Below, piece by piece: positions 1 through 8,959 of a stretch of DNA of 32,153 nucleotides (position 1 is its first letter; the number at the start of each line of letters is the position of its first letter). This stretch comes from Octopus bimaculoides (taxonomy: Eukaryota), in the NCBI RefSeq assembly GCF_001194135.2, contig NC_068981.1, positions 91,757,680 through 91,789,832 on the forward strand, given 5' to 3'. The notes under the pieces were generated by a model. The model was not told the origin of the DNA, did not search any database, and saw only the letters and a list, made by a program, of their open reading frames with translations. Both the position numbers and the translations under genes were made by a program.

Positions 1-113
1 AACACTGTATTTTGGAGAAATAACCGGTTTCGTGTTGTCTTTTCAAATTTCTCTACTTCATTGTAACATGTGTTCACTCCACGAAACCGGTTATTTCTCC
101 AAAATACAATGTT
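1..113. repeat. 34-bp inverted repeat (1-34 / 80-113) with a 45-nt loop
   Basis: aacactgtattttggagaaataaccggtttcgtg versus cacgaaaccggttatttctccaaaatacaatgtt, 1 mismatch. May extend left of the window. Confidence 0.9.
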
Positions 114-258
114 TATATACCCAAAATATTTTCTAACATTTTTCTGACATAATTTAAATATATACTTTAACCATGTAACACAAGCCTTCTGTAGTTTTTT
201 CACTCTTATTATCTTTTATACATCCAACCACGTGCTTTCACATTCCAACTTTCTCACC

Positions 259-284
259 TATATATATATATATATATATATATC

Positions 285-332
<48 letters not shown>
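259..332. repeat. (TA)n-(TAGA)n compound microsatellite
   Basis: Read directly from the sequence. Confidence 0.95.
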
Positions 333-333
<1 letters not shown>

Positions 334-609
334 AAACAACTGCAAAACTATATAAGAGCTGTAAAAACTACATAAATTACTAACGGGTCTAAAACTTCCC
401 CTACTGAATTACATGTTAGTCAAGAACCTTCCCTTCTAACCTTTGTATTGATGAAAATTTAATTATGCTACACGCAACTATGGAACGAACGCTAGAGTGT
501 GATATCGCATGAAGCGTTTTCAAAATAGTAAAATTAAAGTCATAAATCGAAGTAAATATATATGAAACAATATTTATTGTAATAAATGGATGTACGCATA
601 TGTTTATAT

Positions 610-610
<1 letters not shown>

Positions 611-657
<47 letters not shown>
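611..657. repeat. (CA)n microsatellite; representative of many CA, TA, TATG, CT and TAA tracts in the window
   Basis: Read directly. Similar tracts at about 790-835, 2040-2270, 3070-3260, 5030-5165, 6260-6315, 8525-8580, 13470-13640, 14830-14930, 18850-18915, 19460-19650, 27000-27120 and 29390-29450. Confidence 0.95.
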
Positions 658-660
<3 letters not shown>

Positions 661-1272
661 AACAGTTGTTAAATGATACAATACTCATAAGTACACGTGC
701 ATGTACTTATTTATACAGACAAGCGTGCATAGAAACACAGAAGCACTCATATACTATTACACAATCACACAGATAGACACGCATGCGCACGCACACACGC
801 ACACACTCACACACACACACACACACACACACACGTATTGAAAAGTTGCTATTTCGAATGCAATGGTGAAACAGTTAACGTTTGCATAGATCACCCAGTT
901 AATTCCTGTATTTTCAACTTTCAGTTAGATATTAAACATACATTACAATGTATATTGCTAAGAATCAGAATAAAATGGCTTCCTACACCTTGTGCTATGC
1001 AGTATCGCTTATGCAATTTGAAATGATTTGTGTACCTAAAAATAGCCACGTATTTTCAAACATCAAAACCAAATCTTTTGTATGTATAACTCAACGATAA
1101 ATTTAATCAAAAATATAGTGAAATGTGTAATTTATTTCAAAATATTTTCTTTCAGAGTTAAGACTGAGATAATTGATATTATATATTTTATTTAATACAG
1201 CAACCATTTTCTGGGTTTTTTTCCATCTCAATCTAAGTATATTTCCAAAGCAATGTTTCATATATTTAACAG

Positions 1273-1380
1273 ATCCATTCTGTCCAGAAATATGGGATAC
1301 GCTCCAATGTTGGGCAGCGACACCAGCAAATACAACAATATACCAAAAATGTCCAGAAAGTATAGGATTCACACATTCAG
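1273..1380 (+). CDS. Class B1 (secretin-family) GPCR internal exon, first part of the hormone-binding ectodomain: (D)PFCPEIWDTLQCWAATPANTTIYQKCPESIGFTHS
   Basis: AG acceptor at 1271-1272 (tttaacag), GT donor at 1381 (gtaatt). 108 nt, phase 1/1, open. Matches the class B1 pattern CPxxWDxxxCW...CP, with N-glycosylation sequon NTT. Confidence 0.93.
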
Positions 1381-1585
1381 GTAATTTGAATATAATTTTC
1401 AAAGTAATATTACCATTTGTTTATTGTCATGTACATTTATTAATATGTTCATGATAATGCTTTATAATTATGGACAAACTGAATGAATAATTATAGGAAT
1501 TGTTAATGGGATGGATGCACTTCAGTTTACTAAGCGGTAGGTGGCATATAAAGGATTAATTTACGTAGCATCAGCCGGTACTTGA

Positions 1586-1700
1586 TGTTATTATTATTAT
1601 TATTATTATTACTATTATTATTATTAAGGTCACTGCCTGGAATCGAACTCGGTATCTTGGGGTTAGTAGCCCGCGCTCTTAACCACTATGCCGTATGTCC
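1586..1700 (-). mobile_element. tRNA-derived SINE head followed by a (TAA)n tract
   Basis: The minus strand reads ggacatacGGCATAGTGGttaagagcgcgggctactaaccccaagataccgaGTTCGATTCCaggcagtgacc, giving Pol III A and B boxes, then TAA repeats. Confidence 0.8.
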
Positions 1701-2196
1701 AGGTATATGGTGTAGTGGTTCCTAATTACTAATAGGTCAGCTCACACATTAGACATCAGGTGACAACTTACCTGACCATAACTATGCTACGGCAAAATAG
1801 TGGGCAACGAACAATAGAAGTAAAAAAACAATAATGGTAATGCGAGTCATAACAGATATCCCGCAATGCAGCAATATAATTATATGCTCAATATTTTACA
1901 ATCATGTCTGTTTACAATTTTACAGCCTTTCGCATCTTTTATACCATCAGAGCGGGTAAGTTGAACCTATAGTTGTAATATTCCTAGTAATGATATGAGC
2001 AACAATAATTGTCTTATATATTTTTATTTCTATATCTACACACACACATACACACACACAAACACACACAAACACAAACATATGAATTATATACATATAC
2101 ACTAACACATATTCTCATGCGTATATATGTATTTATGTATGTATGTATGTATGTATGTATGTATCTACATCTATCTATCTATTTATATCACTCTCT

Positions 2197-2231
<35 letters not shown>

Positions 2232-2473
2232 NNNNNNNNNNNNNNNNNNNNNNNNNTATATATATATATATGCTTATATGGGTACAGAACGTCCCAAACA
2301 GTAAACAGCATGAAATACGAAAACAAATGAGTTGAATACACAAACAATGAGAGAAACAAATTGAAAACAGGAGATGTAACATAAAGAGCGACTTTTCATC
2401 AGTTGTCGGCTGCCTACCTACTCCTTATTTCGAGCACTGAACGACAATATGAATCTTCGATGGCAGTTGCACT

Positions 2474-2891
2474 CACAAATACCAAAATAAAAATTGGGAT
2501 TTATGGAGGGTCGAAGTTAGGAACAATAGCAGGACAGTGGAGACATACAAGGAAACCAAAGAAAGATGAACGATGGTCACGTGTGAGCAACGAAAGAAAG
2601 AGTAAAGGAGAAAGAGGGGAGAGAGAGACACAGATAGAAAACGGTGAAGGGGAGAAAAGGAATTAGAGAAAAATGTGTGAGAAAACGATAGAGGAAGAGG
2701 ACAGTATAGGGCAGAGTCGCATCAAAAAGATTAAGATAAACTTACTTGGAAATGTATGCGTGGCGTTCCATGTTTTGGTGTACCGACCTCCATGTTTGTT
2801 TCCGTTCGGTTTCATTGTATGTCTCTACTGTCCTGTTTTTGTTCCCAACTTTGACCCTACATAAATCCCAAATTTTATTTTGGTATTTGTG
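2474..2891. repeat. Fold-back element: 84-bp inverted arms (2474-2557 / 2808-2891) around a GA-rich spacer
   Basis: The arms differ at about 8 of 84 positions, with weaker similarity for about 30 bp further out. Resembles a MITE or an inverted PLE pseudo-LTR; no TSD seen. Confidence 0.8.
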
Positions 2892-3198
2892 GTAGCACCA
2901 GCCTTAGAAGACTCCATACACATTATATGCTTTGAATACACACGCAGACACATACTCACATAGATAGCCATTTATTATGATCACGCATGCAAATATGATT
3001 GTGTGCCTCTTTATAGTTGCACATATTTATATGTGTTGGTGTTCGTGCGTCTATATATTTCTACATTATATATATATGCATATATATATATATATATANN
3101 NNNNNNNNNNNNNNNNNNNNNNNNNNNNNNNNNNNNNNNNNNNNNNNNNNNNNNNNNNNNNNNNNNNNNNNNNNNNNNNNNNNNNNNNNNNNNNNNNN

Positions 3199-3234
<36 letters not shown>

Positions 3235-3329
3235 TGTGCGTGCGTGTGTGTGTGTGTGTATAAATATATAGTTCATAAATTAGAGAGAGGTATTCTCTGT
3301 ATAGAATACACTTCGTAGTGCTCAAGAGA

Positions 3330-4980
3330 TTTGAACTTGGGCAGATAGAGGAGTAATTGTAAAAGCAAGCAAATTAGGCAAGTTGATATACAAAAAAATG
3401 TTAAATATATTTAATACAAAAATGTATATATGTATACAAATAAAAATGTCCGTCTCGCACAGAATAGAAATGATATCAGGAACTAAAGGGGTTGGGTAAA
3501 AGTTTTAGGAGTTCAGCAGCTATTTCTGTTTGTTTGTTGGGCCAAAATTATGATTGTAACTTTGATTCCATCATCGGATAATACCAACATCCGAATTCAG
3601 TTAAGAACATTTGCTTTTGAGGTGTTGACAGAACGGAGCCTAAAGATGGAATGATTTTGTGGAGAACGAAGTGTATTACAAAGAGATGGTGTGGTGTTTA
3701 GATAGTGAATAAGTGGGAGAAGAAAATAGATTTCAGGTTGGAGTTAACAATAAGGCTAGAAATAGTAGTAGAGGTAGAAGGTGGGAGGTAGTCGGAAGAG
3801 TGGTTGAGGTAGTATGTGAATGATGTCCCTTGTGTTAGTTTGTAACACAAGGGACATCTATAGAGTTAAGGGGCGAGACAGTGAAAAGCGGGGGCTATTA
3901 TTTGAGGGAAATGAATTGACTACTTCAGTAGGTGAAGGAAGGTGGTCAAAAATAGTTGTTAGTGGGACAAAGGAATTGGGTTGGTATTGGAGATGGATGT
4001 TCTGGTAAAGAGAGGAGTATGGAATTGAATAGCGGGGTGTGAATGTGGAGGGGATAAAGGTAGGTTGGTTAGTTTTCAAAGGAGTGAGGTATTGTTAAGT
4101 ACTTTTTTGAGACTGGTGGGGATGCTAAGACGGAAGTGGGAAATAGTTGATTTGAAGAATTAGGAAGGAATTGGATAAGTGAGTATGAGAAACGGTAAGG
4201 TAGGAGGTTAGTATGTTTTTAAGTAGTACGTTGCAAAGCTAACTTTGTCTTAGTTTAAATTTGTTTGGGATATGGAAACTTATGGGAAAGTTGAGTAGTG
4301 CTCGTGTTTACAAGAACATCAAAAAGTCTGTTTAGTAATGAGGAGTCATGAAGGTGAAGAATAGTTAATGATTCATTTAGACATAACTTAAGCTTGTCGA
4401 TGTTTGCATTGTGTATGGGAGTTTCACGTACTATGGACCAGGATATGGAGCATTGAATATTTTGAAATTTGAGGTTATGCATACACGTTGCTAAGGAAGT
4501 TGATAATTTAGAATTTGGATTGCTGAAAGGGTTCATGCGTACACAATAGCGGCTCTTGAAATCTACGGTGCCGCCGGTATATACTCTTGTTTGGTGAGAG
4601 CGTGGTATTATAACACGGCATTTGTAGATTCCATTTTTGCGTAGACAGTAGCGTCCAGTAGGGCATTATTGAGATATGCGACAGTTGCTAGTTTACCTGT
4701 ATGCTCCGCGGTTTACTGCTAGTGAGGTTGAGCTCGGTTGGTTCATTGTTAGTGAGGGAGAACCTGAATTATGATCTGTATTTGTATTGGACTGGGAGGT
4801 GGTATTGTAGTTAGTATTTGTTGTCGTGCAGTTAGGATTGTGGAATGATGGTTTGAGTCTAATATTATATAATTCAGGTGGGTTATTGAGGGTTGTTTTA
4901 TTGGTACTGTGTGGGCTAACTTGGGGTGCAGTGTGAGAGTTTAGGTGTTCAGAGGACTGGTGTTAAAGTTTTCATAAAGT
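3330..4980 (-). mobile_element. Decayed Penelope-like element, 3' part (GIY-YIG endonuclease and 3' region)
   Basis: The minus strand gives NCRISQ*CPTGRYCLRKNGIYKCRV (GIY at about 4624-4632). After a frameshift it reads VYTGGTVDFKSRY...STSLATCMHNLK...ISWSIV...LKLCLNESLTI...LLNR, the PLE Zn-knuckle and GIY-YIG C-terminus. Outer boundaries are approximate. Confidence 0.8.
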
Positions 4981-4982
4981 CA

Positions 4983-5028
4983 AGTTTGTGGCATTATTCT
5001 GTAGTAATGCCCTTATATAAGTATAAAC

Positions 5029-5081
<53 letters not shown>

Positions 5082-5127
5082 AGTTTGTGGCATTATTCTG
5101 TAGTAATGCCCTTATATAAATATAAAC

Positions 5128-5166
<39 letters not shown>
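4983..5166. repeat. Tandem duplication of about 50 bp of unique sequence plus (TA)n, period 99 bp
   Basis: agtttgtggcattattctgtagtaatgcccttatataa(g/a)tataaacgaa(TA)n starts at 4983 and again at 5082. Confidence 0.9.
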
Positions 5167-5169
<3 letters not shown>

Positions 5170-5190
5170 GAGCATATTGTGTTTTTACAG

Positions 5191-5288
5191 AGTTATTGGC
5201 ACACAGAACGTGTTCGCCGAATGGTACATGGTTACATGGGGACTGGAGTAACTATTCTGCGTGTTTGAAACATGTGTGGACAGGAAAG
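5191..5288 (+). CDS. Class B1 GPCR internal exon, second part of the ectodomain: (E)LLAHRTCSPNGTWLHGDWSNYSACLKHVWTGK
   Basis: Acceptor gtttttacag (AG 5189-5190), donor gtaaga at 5289. 98 nt, phase 1/0, in frame with 1273-1380. Carries the class B1 motifs CxxNGxW and WxNYxxC. Confidence 0.93.
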
Positions 5289-6265
5289 GTAAGAAAACTT
5301 AAGAAACTCGTTAAACCTTAATATGTACAATTCTGTTTGACAATGAACATTTCCTCATCTCTTTTGGTTTCTTCTGAGTGGAAAGAATTCTATCACACAA
5401 ATCGTAACATTGGATGCGGAATTGATTATCCAATTCTTTATTTCCTTCTTTTAGAATCTTGAAAGGCTTCCTGCAGGTGTGACTTACATTTAACATTTAC
5501 AATAATACCGAACAAAACTCAACATTTTGTATAATACGAACTTAAATATAATAGTTATTTTCTGTTTGCAAGAGAGAAATTCATAATCAATAGTACAATA
5601 ATCTTTATTCGTCCAGACTCTTATTCGTTCACACTTTATTTCTTTGAGAGATTATCAACAAGCCTCCCCTTATAGAATTATGTTTCAATTTGTTTACTTA
5701 TTTACTTTTACTTATCTTTAGAAATATGGTCTTATAATTAATGGAATTTTGAAAGGAAAATTCAATAAATTTTGTACAATGAAATTACGATTGATTTTGC
5801 TGCCAAACGAGTTGAAAAACTTTTCATACAAATGTAGTAAGAGGCAGGTTGTTTTCCTTCAAACAGTCATTACAAACAGCTGAAATTGTCAGATATTTTG
5901 CGCTGCTTCTATACTAATTTAGTTTGACCATTTTTATATATTTTATTTAGTCTTGAAAAAGAAATGGATGTTTGCTGTGACATGTATTTTATAATACTTA
6001 TATACAATAGTTGGAGATCTTTATATATATTTCACAGCTATGCCTAGAATCTCCCCTCCCCGCTACACACAAACAATAAGCGACTGTACGATGGGGAAAA
6101 TGTCTACAGTGAAATTGTTTTCGACCACATTACATGGGATGTGTATTTAAAAAATTCCTAAGGAACTACAATTATTTTTCAATTAAAGATCTTCGGAAAA
6201 AATATCAGTGAAGCTGAAGTTATGTCGAACGCTAGTGTACAGATGAACATTTAAGTATAATAATG

Positions 6266-6311
<46 letters not shown>

Positions 6312-6315
6312 TAAT

Positions 6316-6380
6316 ACGTTTCTCTAAAAGAAATGGAAAATCTTTCAAAATACAAAGACCTGGAAATAGAGATAACTCGG
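6316..6380 (+). pseudogene. Small fragment of an RLE-type non-LTR retrotransposon (R4/Dong/NeSL-like) within TAA repeats
   Basis: Translates VSLKEMENLSKYKDLEIEITR, matching the RLE EK-KY-DL segment. Flanked by (TAA)n tracts. Confidence 0.7.
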
Positions 6381-6635
6381 TAGTGAAGTGAAAGCACGTT
6401 ATAAAAATAAAACTATTGAAAATAATAATAATAATAATAAGTAGCAGTACAACCCAACCTTGTCCGGGTGTGACTTATTACGCCATCTACGATAAATCTT
6501 GCTAGGGGAAAATCAACTAAAAAAAATTCCTTACAACGAAAGAAAAAACCCTTATAATATAAATATGTTCATAATTCAAAAGACGATGAAATTAATAGGG
6601 AAAGTCTGAAGGCTGTTTGCGTAACATTATTAAGC

Positions 6636-6861
6636 NNNNNNNNNNNNNNNNNNNNNNNNNNNNNNNNNNNNNNNNNNNNNNNNNNNNNNNNNNNNNNNNN
6701 NNNNNNNNNNNNNNNNNNNNNNNNNNNNNNNNNNNNNNNNNNNNNNNNNNNNNNNNNNNNNNNNNNNNNNNNNNNNNNNNNNNNNNNNNNNNNNNNNNNN
6801 NNNNNNNNNNNNNNNNNNNNNNNNNNNNNNNNNNNNNNNNNNNNNNNNNNNNNNNNNNNNN
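6636..6861. other. Assembly gap (N run). Others at 2232-2256, 3099-3198, 12583-12662, 14959-15032 and 19651-19826
   Basis: N characters. Five of the six gaps are flanked by microsatellites. Confidence 1.
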
Positions 6862-7100
6862 AGATTGGGCAGATGTTGATGCACCATTTTGCATTATGTT
6901 CAAAGTAGCTACTGGAATGTGGTGAATTTCTGCAGTCTGTTGCTGTCATTTTAAACCGGTTGCTTTCTTTCCCCAGCAAACTCTCTTCTTTGGAGGCATA
7001 ATCTACGTAGATATTAAACAGAACAACAAAAGTTATAATAGATGGCAGGGTCGGTACTTTTCACATTTCTGTAATTTTTCAGATTAACACCCGCACGATT

Positions 7101-7238
7101 ACCCAACCCTAACACTAACCCTAAACCCTAACACTAACCCTAAAACCCTAACCCTGACCCTAAAATCGTAACCGTAACACTCACCCTAACTGTAACCCTA
7201 AAACCCTAATCCTGACCCTAAAACCCTAACCCTAACAC
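7101..7238. repeat. Degenerate telomere-like (CCCTAA)n interstitial tract
   Basis: Repeated ccctaa, accctaaa, ccctga and cactaa variants. Confidence 0.85.
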
Positions 7239-7895
7239 TCTAGTGAAAATCGTGGTATATTTACAAATCATTGACGAACATGACTTATATTTTAGTGAAT
7301 GATTGTGTACTTGCACGTGTATGCGTTTGAGAGAGCGAGAGAGGAAGAGGTAGAGAGAGGGGGAGAAAGGAATAGAAAGAAAGAGAGAAAGGGAGAACGG
7401 AAGACAGTTATAATATTGATGTGTGTATGTTGTTGTTACAGATCACGTATGTGTGGTTGTGTGTGTTTTTACGTTTCTATATTATGAAAAATATGCTAGA
7501 GGTAGAGGGATACAATAAAACTATTAAATGGGAGAGAGGAAGAAGAAGGAAGACTTTGTATGCATCACTCTCTCTCTCTCTCCCTCTCTCACTCTTACTC
7601 TCTATATCTGATGTTGAGCGCGTGATATATATGTGTATAAGAACGCCGTGACAAGTAGAAGGGAAGAAATATAAAAGTTGCTAGAAACAACAGCCACATC
7701 TTCCTTAAATCACACAAAGTAAACGGAATTTAAAAAATCTGATTAATGCACTGGAAAGTACCACATCGAGAAAATTCCATTGATGTAAATTTTTTTACGA
7801 AACTTCAGCTTTATATATTAAAATAATAATAATAATACAACAAAAGCATCAATAATGATAATTCTGATGATGATGATGATGATGATGAGGTATCC

Positions 7896-8070
7896 GAAAA
7901 ATACAAGGAGGAGTCACGAAGCTGAAAAAGGTAAGGAGGAATTCATGAAGTGGAAAAATACAACGGAGATTACAGGAATCCGAATATACAAGGAAGCGTT
8001 CATAAAGTCGAAACATACAAAGAAAAGTTCATAATACCGGACATCTAAGAAGAAACATCAAAAGCTGTAA
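7896..8070. repeat. Degenerate 28-29-bp minisatellite, about 6 units
   Basis: Units start at 7896, 7924, 7953, 7982, 8010 and about 8039. Approximate consensus gaaaaatacaaggargagttcataaagnc. Confidence 0.6.
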
Positions 8071-8129
8071 AGCAACTAACATCTAAGATAAAACTTGTAC
8101 TTCAAAATGCTATAATAAAACGATGTCAA

Positions 8130-8320
8130 GAAAATCTCTTACATGACAAATACTGCGGTAAACTAAACAGAATAATATAGACAAAGTAAAATCTTAACAT
8201 TGGTCCAAAAGTTCAGGCCTCAAAGCAAAGACATAAAGGTATTTAGATGCGGCACCAGATCAAATCCTCCCCATCAGAAACCACTAAAAACACACGATGA
8301 AGAATCCTGTTAACTGGAAC
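8130..8320 (+). pseudogene. Decayed fragment of an RLE-clade non-LTR retrotransposon (region between RT and Zn-knuckle)
   Basis: LHDKYCGKLN, then after a frameshift IDKVKS*HWSKSSGLKAKT*RYLDAAPDQILPIRNH. Resembles the recalled pattern LHGKY...WL..SGLK.ETEG...AAQDQ.L.TRNY. Confidence 0.7.
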
Positions 8321-8524
8321 GACTTATGTACTGAGAAGAGCATTATCGCTGTGAAAACAACATCCATTACTGAATTTATTTATTTATTATTTTTTTAAAT
8401 ATATATTTTACCTGTGAATTTGCGCGTGTAAACTGGGAATGCATACAATGAGCTTCTCTGCCCTAGGTGTACGGAAAACACTCGGCGAGAAATAGAAGAA
8501 AATTTGAAGAAAGAAAGAAAAAAC

Positions 8525-8580
<56 letters not shown>

Positions 8581-8691
8581 CTGGCTGCCGACAAATTTTT
8601 CTGCTTTTAAAAAGAGAAAAGGATTTTATCCCTTATATCTATACTGTTCAGTATCTATGCGTTGAATAAAATTTATCTTTCTACTTGTTCA

Positions 8692-8692
<1 letters not shown>

Positions 8693-8746
<54 letters not shown>

Positions 8747-8915
8747 TAATAGCATCGAAAAATACCTTAGGAATGAGAAGCCAGGTTCGAAGTTTCTCTA
8801 AGACACCTGATGAAGGCTGGAGGATATATCAGCCGAAGCGTTGTGTTAAAAACAAACAATATGAGGACAAATATGGGTCAAATGTAGATAATGTAAGTAA
8901 TGTACATCGAGACAC
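8693..8915 (+). mobile_element. Short interspersed repeat body starting with (TAA)n and carrying a hammerhead-like motif
   Basis: (TAA)n, then agcatcgaaaaataccttaggaatgagaagccaggttcgaag...ctgatgaaggctg... The start resembles the sequence just after the TAA tract of the 1586-1700 SINE. Family membership is inferred from recall. Confidence 0.55.
8802..8847 (+). ncRNA. Minimal type I hammerhead ribozyme-like motif with an A15.1 to G change, probably impaired
   Basis: GACAC-CUGAUGA-A-GGCUG[gaggauauau]CAGCC-GAAG-C-GUU-GUGUU. Stem I GACAC/GUGUU, stem II 5 bp, minimal stem III. Confidence 0.7.
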
Positions 8916-8959
8916 TAATCAATATATACTCATTAGTCCCAAATATTACATATATACAT

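Noticed and set aside
838-1026. ORF containing LQCILLRIRIKWLPTPC as the upstream Cys1 exon of the GPCR
   Set aside because: No GT donor in the required phase 1 and no convincing family similarity.
1173-1454. ORF 1173-1454 as a complete 93-aa gene
   Set aside because: Only 1273-1380 is GPCR-like and it is bounded by splice sites. The rest is intron read-through.
1627-1700. Functional tRNA gene
   Set aside because: It has A/B boxes but no clean acceptor stem or cloverleaf, and runs into a TAA tail, which fits a SINE head.
2385-2470. Hammerhead at CUGAUGA (minus strand, about 2395-2401)
   Set aside because: No stem II or GAAA follows it. The nearby GCUC-GAAA lies upstream and lacks a valid core and stem III.
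7101-7238. True chromosome end, or a CRISPR-like array among the tandem repeats
   Set aside because: The tract is short, degenerate and internal to an intron. No repeat here has constant repeats with unique spacers, and the DNA is eukaryotic.
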